Made by a program: the position numbers and the translations under genes. From Eledone cirrhosa (lineage: Eukaryota), in contig OZ024743.1 of NCBI GenBank assembly GCA_964016885.1, positions 114,576,001 through 114,640,000 of the forward strand: 64,000 nucleotides of DNA. Direction: 5' to 3'. Position 1 is the stretch's first letter, and the number at the start of each line of letters is the position of its first letter. Shown here in pieces: positions 1 through 12,206 of the stretch. A model generated the notes under the pieces. It made no database searches, had not been told where the DNA came from, and saw only the letters and a list, made by a program, of their open reading frames with translations.

Positions 1-840
1 TTACTCGTGGTCCTGAAATGCAGATACACACATACATCGCAATACGTGAAACATTCGTAAGAGTCACGGCAAAGTGGATAGAGAACAGAGTTGCTGTGGG
101 ATGTCTCCTTGCTTAACTTCATTGTCGGTGGATACGGGTTCAGACAGCAAACCATTGAAGTTAAGCCCCCCTTTCATACCTTGGTGTAGCTGTTTGAACA
201 ATTTCTTGAAACCCGGAGCACATCCCACTTTACCAATAATGGTCCACAGGGCATTTCTATTCGACAGGAATACCATCAAGACCCGGTTCCTTAGTCTCCC
301 CCATAGTACGTTGGACCTCTGCCAGAGTAGGATAATCTCGTGAGTTAAATCCAATTGAGGCAGCAAGTTATTGATATCTGCATTAAACTTCGATAGATAT
401 GATGATCGCTCCAGCATTCAATTATACTGTCCGAGTCTTTGAGAAGGACAGACCCTTCCTTGGACCTGAGTAGTACCATGGATGTTGATTAGGGCCAGAG
501 GTCGTACAATGCCTTTCGATCATAAACACTCTGAATCGGCATTGAAATAACGGACCACTATTTATTTTTTATCTGACTGATTCAGCACTGAAGGAAAGAT
601 ATTGTATCCTTGAAGGACTGAAGGAAGACAGAACTGTCTTTATCTGAAGGACCCAAACAACCTTCGGTCAGCATCATTTTCATCAAACCAGTCCCGATGT
701 TTCGTTCTCCTGAGACCAACAGCTACAACACTAGTGTTGTAGACCGCGGTCTTAAACTGATCCCATGTGCCGTCAAATTCAGTTTCTTCAAAAGCCCTCC
801 TTAGATATTACGAACCACAAGATCCAGCAATATCGACATA
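1..840 (-). mobile_element. Decayed RTE-clade LINE fragment (ORF2 linker and RT)
   Basis: Minus-strand translation gives WDQFKTAVY...RTKHRDWFDEND, LRSKEGSVLLKDSDSIIECWSDH and ALWTIIGKVGCAPGFKKLFKQLHQGMKG..NFNGLLSEP...NEVKQGDIP. These are typical RTE ORF2 motifs, here frameshifted and deleted. Confidence 0.8.
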
Positions 841-844
841 CCTA

Positions 845-889
<45 letters not shown>

Positions 890-892
<3 letters not shown>

Positions 893-1123
893 AGGAAAAA
901 AGATGAAATCGAAAATGGAAATGGAGTCTTTTTAAGAATATTTATTTGGTTCCTTTACCGGTTTCGCAGTTCTTATGCTTTTCAAAAGCAGAATTGAGAT
1001 GGAGGGTTTGTAGTTTTTCTCGCATCAGATCCAGTTGCATTTTCGATTTCATCTTTTTTCCTTATACTTTCACTCGTGTAGGACATCTCGTTTTTTTCAT
1101 TGTGGAAAAAAACCCCTTATTTT

Positions 1124-1128
<5 letters not shown>
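890..1128. mobile_element. Short asymmetric fold-back insertion in (TA)n
   Basis: ataaggaaaaaagatgaaatcgaaaatg (~890-917) is inverted at ~1038-1065, followed by a ~60 nt unpaired tail. Flanked by TA repeats. Confidence 0.6.
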
Positions 1129-1158
<30 letters not shown>

Positions 1159-1572
1159 CTGTCTAATTGCCTTCTGGCATTTAATGTCCGCAAAAGTTTT
1201 AGGCACTACCATTGTTTACTATCGCACCGTGTTCGCCATGTTACTTGAAAACTAGAGCCGAATGTTACCATACTATTGTACAGCAATTCGAGACAGATTT
1301 TCTCTAATAACCCATTTTTTCACTCATTTGTTAATGTGTGTTTGATTTGAGATATGTTGGTTGAGTCCTTATGGAGGGACCGAAGAATAGAATCTCGACC
1401 CCTAACATCACGTAAATTTCTGACTCAGTGGCCAATCAGTTGACAGTATTTTTATGACGCGGAGGTTCTCCAGTTACTACTATACTACTGTGTAACTTGT
1501 CGCATTTACTGCTATAGGCAGCACTCACTGGAATTGAATTCTGTCAATCGATTGGTTATTGATTAGGCGAGA

Positions 1573-1685
1573 CCCACTGATGAAGCCACATGCGCCGAGT
1601 ATGCATTGTTGCATAATAAATGTAGACAATAGAAGCTGTACGCTGTCTTGCTGCATTAAGGGTGGCCGAAATTCAAGTACGGGTA
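1573..1685 (+). ncRNA. Candidate hammerhead ribozyme with extended stem II
   Basis: accca CTGATGA agccac...gtggcc GAAA ttcaag TA cgggt. The first stem I pair is mismatched. Confidence 0.45.
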
Positions 1686-1825
1686 TAGATTTATGGTATC
1701 CATTTACGTGTGTTGTATTGAGCCAATTAACTGTGTCGACTCTGGGATTTTTACATAATCTTAACTATTGAGTACGCCGAGATGCAACCTGTACTAACAG
1801 GGAAACCTTATACTAGTCCCGTCAG

Positions 1826-1876
<51 letters not shown>

Positions 1877-2103
1877 TTTTGTACTACATTTATATGTGTA
1901 TATATGATTAAATCTATGTCTTTGTCTCTTCCTCTCTCTCTCTCTATATATATAATAATGTATATACATGTAGAGATATAGATATATATATATATAGATG
2001 GACATGGGTACATGTAAATATGTATACACACACATATACACACACGCACGCACACACATACATACACACACACACATATATACACACACACACACACACA
2101 CAC

Positions 2104-2151
<48 letters not shown>

Positions 2152-2152
<1 letters not shown>

Positions 2153-2318
2153 TGAGATTCTACAGGACTAGAACTGTTTCATTCTCGAGAAATCATCTCA
2201 AGAATGAAACAGTTCTAGTCCTGTAGAATCTCATCTATATTAAAACTTCAATACTTTGCTATGTATTGAGTACCTTACTTACTGTGGTTACCTCCGATTC
2301 AACCCGGAATAACTTACC
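2152..2318 (+). mobile_element. Fold-back mini-element (hairpin plus tail)
   Basis: Near-perfect ~39 bp hairpin 2152-2234 containing GAAAcagttctagTC. The tail recurs at 41336-41416 and the arm recurs at 36183-36207. Confidence 0.75.
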
Positions 2319-2381
2319 TATATATACATATATATATATATATAGTGACGAAAAATTGCATGAACTCATAATCCTTTATTT

Positions 2382-2437
2382 ACTGCTATATATATTTCGA
2401 TGATAGCCATTGAATGGCTATGACCTCATCAGGCAGT
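2382..2437 (-). ncRNA. Minimal type I hammerhead ribozyme
   Basis: Minus strand: ACTGC CTGATGA ggtc atagccattcaatggctat catc GAAA tatata TA GCAGT, followed by AATAAA. Confidence 0.85.
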
Positions 2438-2615
2438 TAGTCATATATATATATATTCCATTTTGATAGAAGGAATGGTAAGAACATTCACAAATCTGAA
2501 CATCAGCGGACACGAAAAATGTTTAGATCTCGACGATATCATTGTTAAAGACATCTTAAAAAAAGTCTTAAATTTCTTTACTTTTTTGATTAGGGATTCT
2601 CCAAATCCCGAATTA

Positions 2616-2675
2616 ATATCCTGACGACGCTTTAGTGTTATCTGCTACTAGTGAAGTTGAAATGTGCGTAGATAT
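2616..2675 (+). ncRNA. Minimal type I hammerhead ribozyme
   Basis: ATATC CTGACGA cgctttagtg...tagtgaagtt GAAA tgtgcg TA GATAT. Confidence 0.7.
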
Positions 2676-2796
2676 AAAATGATTTAGAGTAAATCTCCGG
2701 TAGTCACTTGATTAAAAAAATATATGTATCTTTCCCTCTTTCCATATAAAGCGTGAAGCTAATAAGACTTTTTGTACCTGTTTTGTCGTTTCCTTG

Positions 2797-2833
<37 letters not shown>

Positions 2834-2836
<3 letters not shown>

Positions 2837-3289
2837 GATATTAATAAATGGAAACTATATTTATAAAACCATATTTATTTCATTATACATATTTCAGGGA
2901 TACCAAATTAAATTATGGTATACCTTCATCAGACAAAATACAATATATAACAGTTTTACAAATAAGCTTTGACGTACCCTTTTAAAATGCGACCATTATC
3001 TTTGGAAGCCATCTGACTATCCAGATGGCTTCCAAAAATAATGGTCGCATTTTAAAAGGGTACGTCAAAGCTTATTTGTAAAACTGTTATATATTGTATT
3101 TTGTCTGATGAAGGCATACCATAATTTAATTTGGTATCCCTGAAATATGTATAATGAAATAAATATGGTTTTATAAATATAGTTTCCATTTATTAATATC
3201 GTATATCTACTCCAAATACTTGTCGAGTGCTTTATATCAGTTATAAAAATATTTACTTGTTCTATCCCAACAATTTTAAATAGAACTTT

Positions 3290-3293
<4 letters not shown>
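2834..3293. mobile_element. Palindromic PLE pLTR derivative (sister subfamily of the 52231-57364 element), hammerhead in each arm
   Basis: ~180 bp inverted arms centred at 3016-3021 with a 90 nt tail 3204-3293. HHR at 3097-3161 (+) and its mirror. Homologous to 53270-53483. Confidence 0.9.
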
Positions 3294-3356
<63 letters not shown>

Positions 3357-3699
3357 AAGGCACGACTCATTTTGAGGTGATAATATCTAATACGGTCTCT
3401 ACAGTTCGTTTGAAACTAAAGAAATGTTTAAATCCATCATTTTTTCCACGTTTCCATATCCTGATGTTCTCAGCTCCAGGAGCGTTGTCGATTTCTTTTT
3501 AATGCTACTTTTATTATAGCCATATGTATTTTATGAACTTACACGTAGGTCTTTCTTCCGCACCAATCTATAAATTTTCTACGAGAATTTGCATCTTAAA
3601 CTTGGCCGTTAGACTCGCACCTCACACGTCGTTTTCATATGGTCGGCACCATACTGGATACTGATTCTGGCACCAAACTACGTTATATGTCTTGTTTCC

Positions 3700-4100
3700 A
3701 CGCTTTAGTGTCTATTTTTCGGAATTCTGTATAATACAAATTTATTCTCGATTGATGTTTTTCTATCTAGCTTTATTTTGTAATGTGTGTTGTGTGTTGC
3801 AATTGCTCCTTGTAAATGCATGGTGATCCTTTGAGATATTGCTATACTTATATAGTTAATGTAATAGTAGGTTTCATGAAGTTTACAATCTTCGTTTTTG
3901 CTGTTAAATTTGTAAATTACGTCCATCATTTATAGCTCGTTGACTGATTTCAATGGTTTGTTGTTAATAAGGAAGTGTTTGGTTTTACAGCTTTTGTAGC
4001 GTATCATTACTACTAATTTATGGTTTCATGTGATGTACGTACGTATTTCGTGTTAAGACTGTTTAGTAAAGTCGAATCATTTTCTTTAGCAAGCAACGAT
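3700..4100 (-). pseudogene. Degraded PLE GIY-YIG endonuclease fragment
   Basis: DVIYKFNSKNEDCKLHETYYYINYISIAISQRITMHLQGAIATH resembles the PLE EN (VIY..C....YIG.T...L.QR.T.H). Confidence 0.6.
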
Positions 4101-4489
4101 ATCAAAAGAGTTGTTAATACCTTTGTTTTGAGTAAACAATGTTACAACTTGGTAAAATTGCTTTATGTTTTCATTTGACAAGGTGCATGAGTTTTTGTTT
4201 TCGTTTGTGCCGTTTGTATATTGTTTAATTGAGTTAAATGTAAATTTTCTTGGGGCGCTTCCCGCTGTTCTAGAAAAGAAAGCCATATTGATATAAATGT
4301 AAACACGAAATGAAAAATATAAGGAGTCTAAAAAACACTTTTCTCCAAACGCTTTGAAGTCTTGTTGGTAAAATGTTCTTAAAAAAAAAAGGTAGATGTT
4401 CTTCGAATAAAACTTGGTAATAATTCAATTTTCTTGGAGAAAATTTGAGATGTCCATATTAATCAAAACGAACGCATATCATAACAATA

Positions 4490-4688
4490 ATTCTTTCCGT
4501 TTTAGGCACAAGGCCAGCAATTTGGGGGAAGGAGAAATCGCTTGCATTGGCTAGTATTTTACTGATACTTTATTTTACCGACTCCAGAAAGGAAAGTAAA
4601 AGTTCATCTCACGGGATTTGAACACAAACAGTAAAGTTTACTTGCCATCAAGCATTTTGTCTGGCACTCGAAGGATTCTACCATATCA
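4490..4688 (-). mobile_element. tRNA-derived SINE (diverged copy of the 37070 family)
   Basis: Reverse-complement similarity to 37070-37259 (ttttaggcacaaggccagcaatt...gggatttgaac). Confidence 0.7.
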
Positions 4689-4860
4689 TACTCCTCTTCT
4701 CCATTCTTGTACTACTACTACTGCTAGTAATAAAAATAATAATGGCTTCATTTATTGGCCACAAGGGCCGACCAGTGGAGGTTTACAATAGAATCGAGTA
4801 AAAATACACAATAACAAAAACAATTAACTATGAATATATATATATATATATTTATATATA

Positions 4861-6865
4861 TTTATTAAAATAACAGATTAAAGTTTAAGCAAAGAATCGC
4901 TGCTTTCACCCTTAACGGGATCTTCTGAAACTAACAAAGTCAATCTGTAAACGCAGAACTGGATATTTCAAAAAACGTTGCAACCGGAGGAAGACAGGAA
5001 GACGATACTTTGGTTCGTGGAAACGTTCGCTGGCAAAGAACGGGAAAAAACGAATAATACGTCATTAATAGGAGCGGTGAAAAACAATTACGCGCAAAGA
5101 CAAAACCACGTTTATGGTATAAAAGAGGTCGTAGACTAATGTTCTCTTAGGTGGTGCATAGAGACGTTCTCTGGCAATGAACGAAAAAACGAAGATAATA
5201 AGTCATATGTGGAGCGTGGAGAACAATAGCACGCAAAGACAAAACCACGTAAATGGTATAGCAGAAATCGTAGACTAAAATTCTAACTAGGAGACCAAAT
5301 GAATCTCCGCTACAGAGTTAAGAACAAAGTAAATAAATACAATACAGAAGTAATAGAAATAAATAAATACATACACGCAAACAGATACGTACATACACAA
5401 GCATACGCAAAACCTTACCATGGGTATACAAAACCACGCACATATAAATATGTGTGTGTGTGTATGCTTGTGTACAAATAAATAAATAATTATATAAACG
5501 TATATAAGTAAATAAATACGTATATAACAAGCGCACACGCATACCTACATATAAATACACGAATGTTCGGAGACGTAAGTCAACTAAAACAAGAAGTACA
5601 CATATACACACACCCACCATACGTACGAACCTGCACACTCACGCGGACGCAAAACTCCCGTATACACATAGCCAAACCCTAAATACCAGAATATGTAAAA
5701 ATTATACGCTATAACGGTCAAATATACGTACGAGAAGGTATACATACCTTCACAAAACATACGGGTAATATATACTTACCTAAGCAAATAAGTAAAGGAA
5801 TAAAGAAAACATATACTTAGCTCCCACATCAAGACGTAAAATATCGACGTATAGATCGTGCTATCCGTTAGGGTATAACGTGGGGCTGTAATACAGGAAA
5901 GTTTTGTGCAATTTATGTTTACAAGCCGAAATTGTCTCAGATTTTTTGTTTAAGATGTGGTCAGTAGCGTAGAGTATTTCCAGGGCCTCAGCGGCGCAGA
6001 GGTCACATGGTATTTTATTTCCGTTATACGATCTAGCCCTAGCTAGGATCTCCCAGTGTAACTTATATTGGGTGTGGTTGTCTTTTAGACTCCAGATATA
6101 AGCTGAAAGTGACGTCATATTCCTTCTTAGAGGGTAACGAAAAGAATGGGTATGCATGTAAAGACGCTGCTTGAAACTATTGGCGGTTAACCCTATGTAG
6201 GCCCTACGGGACGTGGGTGTTACAACCTTACATTTGTAGACAATGTTACTAGAGAGGCATTTCCCGGATAGGGGGCAATCAGCCCGATTCCTATAATTAC
6301 AGTTAGTACTAACTACAGGGTTGCACGTGTTCCTACGGCTAGGTAGTTTAGCTAAATTTGAAGCTGTGATGTTATGTGCAAGGTTAGGAGTCGTAGAGTA
6401 AGAAATTTTAATAGTATTTCTATTAAAAATTTTACTATATTTATGTGTAGGGGGAAAATGTTTCGTAATAAGGGAAAGAAAGATCTTAGCTAATGGTGTG
6501 GCTACCTCCATATTATATGGTGGGTTAAACCAACAAATGCGACGGGATCTATTTCTTCTAGGTCTATTTTCGTACTCTGTATATGCTACCTTATCGACAA
6601 ATCCACTTCGAGCAAGAGCTTCATTGTAATAAGTGGAATGGTCGTTGAAAATGCGCTCGTTGGTGGAAAGACGGGAAAGCCTCAACGAAACGTTTCTTAC
6701 CAGGTTCTTGGTTATGCTGGCAGGATGGTTGAAATGCTTACTCATGTAATTAAGCGTATCATTCGGCTTTCTATACGGGTAATACAACCCATTCAATAAA
6801 TTGAGGGTAACGTCGAGGTACGAGCCCTCTTTGGATTTTAGTCTTCAATTTTATTATTATTACTA
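4861..6865 (-). mobile_element. 5'-truncated Penelope-like element with inverted 5' tail, in (TA)n
   Basis: ORF starts at the RT motif YLDVTLNL. The 3' UTR has a ~140 bp duplication (5021-5278) and an HHR-like motif at 4882-4932. 6821-6863 is the family tail in inverted orientation (same as 40588-40631). Confidence 0.9.
5861..6796 (-). CDS. PLE polyprotein C-terminal part (RT thumb, linker, GIY-YIG endonuclease), truncated
   Basis: WFNPPY, CNYRNRADCPLSGKCLSSNIVYKC...AYIGLTANSFKQRLYMH, CDLC and CKH. Collinear with the 738 aa ORF at 53532. Confidence 0.9.
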   Translation of the reverse strand: MNGLYYPYRKPNDTLNYMSKHFNHPASITKNLVRNVSLRLSRLSTNERIFNDHSTYYNEALARSGFVDKVAYTEYENRPRRNRSRRICWFNPPYNMEVATPLAKIFLSLITKHFPPTHKYSKIFNRNTIKISYSTTPNLAHNITASNLAKLPSRRNTCNPVVSTNCNYRNRADCPLSGKCLSSNIVYKCKVVTPTSRRAYIGLTANSFKQRLYMHTHSFRYPLRRNMTSLSAYIWSLKDNHTQYKLHWEILARARSYNGNKIPCDLCAAEALEILYATDHILNKKSETISACKHKLHKTFLYYSPTLYPNG

Positions 6866-7139
6866 TATTTATATATATATATATAGTAAAAGAGTGAAGA
6901 ATAACATGGCTGGCTGTACAATAGGGTTTATTTAAAGTATTAACAATTGTTTTATTAGTCCGGTGTGTCTAAAAATCACTGATCATTAGAAGTCACGTCA
7001 CTCGATTTTAATTACAGTCGATACCCGACCAAATCATCAGAATACTGATCTGTCTACATGATACAGTGAACTAGTATTTATAGATACATGGGAGAATAAT
7101 ATAAAGGAAACAATAATAATAACATTAATGATAATAGTA

Positions 7140-7333
7140 ATAATTGTTTCTACTTTTGGCACAAGGCCAGCAATTATCCTAGTGTATTACTGGTACTTTA
7201 TTTTATCGACCCCCGTAAGGATGAAAGCAAAGTTAACCTCGGCGGGATTTGAACTCAGACCATAAAGGGCCGTAACTATATACTGCAAAGCTTGGCGTCC
7301 GACCCTCTACCGATACTGCCAACCCATCGCCCA
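7140..7333 (-). mobile_element. tRNA-derived SINE
   Basis: Reverse complement of the 37070-37259 consensus. Confidence 0.85.
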
Positions 7334-7379
7334 ATGATAATAGTAATAATAGTAATAGTAATAGTAGTAGTATTTTTTA

Positions 7380-7905
7380 CCATGCTGCGCCTCGTCCACG
7401 CGGGCCCATCGAACAGTTTTTGGTTCCCCCGTTTCTCAGAGCACGCACCTTAGCTCTGAAAATGCAACATTCATTTTGGCATTGACGAAATGTCTAATGT
7501 CATTCTCACCGCCAGCAAGTCAGTTGCAATGCCACTACAAATAGCCTCGTTTAATTAAGCTACCAGTTCCCACTCCTTTCTATTTTTCTCTAGAGCTACG
7601 TCTTTGCTAAAACCTATCTAAATTACTCTAATCCCTCGTTTTAGCGCCCCCACCACCTGTTGTTGACGACCCTTGCCTGTCATCTTTTGCTTGACTAAAT
7701 TGTTGACTCGGTCCCTGTAAGCTTTACGTGCCGGACACATGTTCAGCTTCCAGTATCCAGGTCCTAACCTACATGCCTTATCTAGGTCGACCATACAGAT
7801 CCCAAACTTATGATCTGAACAGGCTACCGTTTGAAAGTGCGAACAACCTATACTATTTTTTATCTATTGACCCGATGAAAAACCTATCTATATACAATCT
7901 AGATG
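7380..7905 (-). mobile_element. Tx1/L1-like LINE fragment (end of APE endonuclease and linker)
   Basis: YIDRFFIG...CSDHKF...GPGYWKLN. The downstream part is homologous to 46108-46270. Confidence 0.8.
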
Positions 7906-7924
7906 ACCCTATTCCTTTGGTTGA

Positions 7925-8090
7925 GGTCCACAATGGCGTATTAGGGAAATCCGTCAAGGTTAGCTTTGCCTTTCAACCTTACAGGGCGGATAAAATAAAG
8001 TAACAGTAACGTACTGGGGTCGATTTAATCGACATTCCTCTCCCCCGAAATTGCTGGCCTTGTGCCTAAATCAGAAACCATTATTATTAT
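7925..8090 (+). mobile_element. tRNA-derived SINE, 3' part
   Basis: tttgcctttcaaccttacagggcggataaaataaagt...ctggccttgtgcctaaatcagaaacc(att)n. Confidence 0.75.
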
Positions 8091-8329
8091 TGCTGTATGG
8101 TGGATTAGTATATTCTATTATTACAGGGTGGATTAGTAGAATGGTGAGAGTGTCGTGTAAAATGATGCTATACAGTTACGAATCTTTACTATTTGATTTC
8201 AAATTCTGCAAAAGGCTACTTTGCTGTTCGTCCGGGATCGATATAATAAAGGACCATTTAAATACTGGGATCTGTTTTATCGACTTTCTCCTTCTTCCAA
8301 AATCGCTGTGCTTGTGCCAATGTTGGAAA

Positions 8330-8374
8330 GAATTACTACTACTACCATTACTACTACTACAATTAGTATGAAGG

Positions 8375-8417
<43 letters not shown>

Positions 8418-8450
8418 AACCACCACCAACTACTACAATTAGTATGAAGG

Positions 8451-8487
<37 letters not shown>

Positions 8488-8605
8488 AACCACCACCACT
8501 ACTACAATTAGTATGAAGGTTACTATTACTACAATTAATATAAAGGCTGCTACTACTACTACTATCACCACCACCACTATAATTAGTATTAAGACTTCTA
8601 CTACT
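8330..8605. repeat. (ACT)n/(ACC)n compound repeat with a recurring acaattagtatgaagg spacer
   Basis: Seen directly. It is the source of the poly-T/S/V ORFs. Confidence 0.9.
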
Positions 8606-9145
8606 CCGACAAGAAAATGCTACCGGGAACAAATTTGAATTTCATCCTTCCGGGAGTGTTTGATTAGTTAGCAGTCAGTTCTGATATCGGTAAATTGATC
8701 ATATCCTTCACTTCGTAGATGATATCTTTTGCCAATGCTAGAAATAAATGATAACAAAAACTAACAAAAATAACAACAACAACAACAACGATGACGACAA
8801 TACTAATTATTATTGTTGTTACCATTTTCTATTTGTCTTTTAAATAAATTACGAAATATCAGGAATATATTGTTTTTTAACGAGGAATTAAGTGGAGTTA
8901 AAGTAATTCCATTGTATTTCCTGGTTTCAAGAATCTTAATTATGTAATTGTTTCCTTTGTGTAGTGCACTTAATAAAAGTGTCTCCTACATCGTTGATTC
9001 CACCAAATCAACAATGTATTTTATATCAAGATAATATAGATTGATCTCATGTAAAGATTATGTTTTAAAAAGCATAATATTTAGTGGTCGTGAGATAGAA
9101 GACACTTGAACAAACCGGGATAAATGACTCAGTCACATGTAATAT

Positions 9146-9226
9146 ATTGGGTCATCAAGTATGAAATTTGTAGAAATTTGTAGAAAAAAAACAAATTTTT
9201 ACAAATTTCATATTTGGCGACCCAAT
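9146..9226. mobile_element. Mariner-type MITE (TIR-only)
   Basis: attgggtcatcaagtatgaaatttgtagaaatttgt / acaaatttttacaaatttcatatttggcgacccaat, with TA flanks. Confidence 0.6.
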
Positions 9227-9410
9227 ATAAAGTAATAGAGAATCAAGTTTCAATTTAATCTATTTTTATTCTTCATCAAACGTTACATGTATTTCGCAGA
9301 TGATCAGCGCGAGGTCGTACTTGACATAATCGAGCAATCTCCAACAAAGATTTGCTAATCCATTGCAAAAATCAGCTAAGACGTGTCCCTGCTACCCCCC
9401 TCTCTCTCTC

Positions 9411-9441
<31 letters not shown>

Positions 9442-9502
9442 TGTATGTATGTATGTATGTATGTATGTATGTATGTATGTATGTATGTATGTATGTATGT
9501 AT

Positions 9503-10162
9503 GTCACCATAAAGGTCACCAGTTGGTGCTACTGGTAACATGTACCCCAGTACAACCTGTCTCATGGTCGGGTCATTGGCGACTAAACTGGCAACACCAC
9601 CAAGGTTTCTTGGTGAGGAGGGTGACTTTAGACATCCTGCAGGACTAAAAAAAATCCCTGTCAAAGGGCAAAGGAGCTCTTAAGAGTCAATGGCCATCCA
9701 ACATCACCGGGAGATGATCCCTTAGCCTTTGTCAAGGCAGAATTCTAGGAGAAGGAAAACTCTGATATAACACCTGCAACCCTGATGGTATCCAATGATG
9801 TTGACTTGTTCTTCTTTTTGGTAAATATCATCTTGGTTAAGAGAGTGGGACTGGCTTTGTGCAGTGCCTTTGCTCACTATAAAAGCTTCATGGCACAGGC
9901 ATTGCTTTATATCTGGAGATCTCTCTGCACTTGTCGTCACATGGTACCATGGGCCCAGCACTATGTGTCAATAATTGTCACAAGTGTAGTGTTTGTACCA
10001 GAGTTTTCAAGTCGCTGGCTGGACTAAAAAGTCACACTCGTTCAGCGCATCGGTAGGGGTTCTCCTACATGGATATAAAGTAGTGGCCGTACTCGAAAAC
10101 GAATTGGCAGCCACCATGTATGTATGCATGTATGTATGTATGTATGTATGTATGTATGTATG
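9503..10162 (+). mobile_element. Internally deleted RTE-like element (5' UTR, C-terminal C2H2 finger, (TATG)n tail)
   Basis: RTE-like UTR motif ctaggagaaggaaaactctga. 9976-10056 encodes CHKCSVCTRVFKSLAGLKSHTRSAHR*. (TATG)n lies on both sides. Confidence 0.65.
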
Positions 10163-10187
10163 TATGTATGTATGTATGTATGAATGT

Positions 10188-10226
<39 letters not shown>

Positions 10227-10244
10227 TCTATATCTATATATCAT

Positions 10245-10500
10245 TTTTTCTTTACACAACTTATTGCCATTGGGGCTTTTGCAGAGAACAAATTCGAGAT
10301 GGTTTTCGATTTCCTTTTGCTTCTTTTATATACATACATATATACATACAAACATGTACATACATATATATATGTACATATATGTGAATACATATGTGAA
10401 TATATACATATAAGCAAGCAAAAGAAATTCGAAATGAAAACAACTCGAATGTATTGTTCTGCAAAAACCCCAATGGCAATAAGTTGCGAAAAGAAAAAAA
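10245..10500. repeat. Imperfect ~80 bp inverted repeat around a TA/CA spacer
   Basis: caacttattgccattggggcttttgcaga / ttctgcaaaaaccccaatggcaataagttg. Confidence 0.75.
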
Positions 10501-11097
10501 CGGATACCAAAGCACTCTTGTGGGACAATACTACAGAAACAACATTAATCTTATATTGTAATACGTATGCATGGTAGAAAAGTAATCAGAATATAAAAAT
10601 ATTACAGTCATTACTAATTATACTTAAATTATACCTATACAGCTGCTTCGAATCATAGAGAAAAATAGCCACTAATTACCAGAGTTAAAATAAACAAGCT
10701 AAAATAAGCAAAATGAGAAAATCCAAAGATTTTCTTTAGTAAACAATGTCTTTTTTGCTCGTACAACAAACTATTATCAGTCCATTAAGAGACTAGTTGA
10801 GGAATTGACTCATATCTGTCGTAAGATAGACATATGGCACCACGCTAGAATGAACGTATTACATGTGCTTCTCTATCTGTATGTATATCTATCTATCTTT
10901 GTATGTATGCATGTGTAGAAGTCAACAATAAAAACACGGAAGAACAATAGAATACAGTGGTGATTATATTGTTTCAACGTTTGATATGGTAGGGAAATAT
11001 TTGAGACGTTTCGGATATTTGGGAGATGCGTAGGAATAAGGAAAAAATGAGAAAAATTAGACACGAGGAAAACACAAGCGAAGTTAGTGAGCCATTT

Positions 11098-11195
<98 letters not shown>

Positions 11196-11880
11196 CGTGT
11201 GTGCGTGTGTATATGTGTGTGTGTGCATGTGTGCGCGCACGCGCACACACACATACCTATCTTTATCTATATACACATGTATAAACATTTGTGTGAGTTT
11301 ATGTATTGTTTTGGCTATCTTTATTATTATCCATTATTAATTCTTCATGTATGTTTGGAACAATAGCATTCCGATGTTCATATGTGTATTAACGTTTCAA
11401 AACCTTCACAGCCCCATCATCAGTATAATAATAGTAGCATTAATAGTGTATTACGTTCGTGCTTTGCAGTGGTAGTAAAACTTGACTGATCTTATCCTTG
11501 GCATAACAGAGAAAATTATTGTAAAAGAACATTTTTCTGCTGGTTTACTTCACTACACCATATTTCATAATTGGGGTAGAGGGAATAAGTCCTCCCACGT
11601 CTGTGGTGGCAGTAGCAACATAACAAATACAAGCCCGCCAAGAACATAAATATGCGAACAAAATATTAGATCAGATTGAAAAATTAGATAAAATTGAGAA
11701 AGAAACGAGAAAGCTGAAAATTCAAAAGGAACACCACACACACACACACATATATACGATACACACACAACACACACATACACACACACACTAATGCCAT
11801 TGTAACAATGCAGTGACAATATTGATTTAAATATTCACAAGGAAGAGTAAAAAAAAAAAATCGATAATAATGTGCACCCA

Positions 11881-11932
<52 letters not shown>

Positions 11933-11989
11933 CATGATTGTACACGTATGTACATTATATATATAGACATATATATATACATTATATAT

Positions 11990-12171
11990 ATATGTGGTTG
12001 TACACATATATGCGTGTGGTTGTACACACATATATGCGTATGGTTGTACACACATATATGCGTATGGTTGTACACACATATATGCGTATGGTTGTACACA
12101 CACATATATGTATATGGTTGTACACACACATATATGTATATGGTTGTACACACACATATGTATATGGTTGT

Positions 12172-12180
<9 letters not shown>
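11990..12180. repeat. 24-26 bp minisatellite (tatggttgtacacacatatatgcg)n
   Basis: About 8 tandem units are visible. Confidence 0.9.

Positions 12181-12206
<26 letters not shown>

Noticed and set aside
955-1035. Minus-strand hammerhead in the 890 element
   Set aside because: The core reads CTGATGC and stem I does not pair.
8176-8638. Poly-Thr/Ser mucin-like ORFs
   Set aside because: An (ACT)n repeat expanded inside SINE-related sequence, with no start or splice context.
11990-12180. CRISPR-like regularly spaced repeat
   Set aside because: No unique spacers or cas genes. It is a minisatellite in eukaryotic context.
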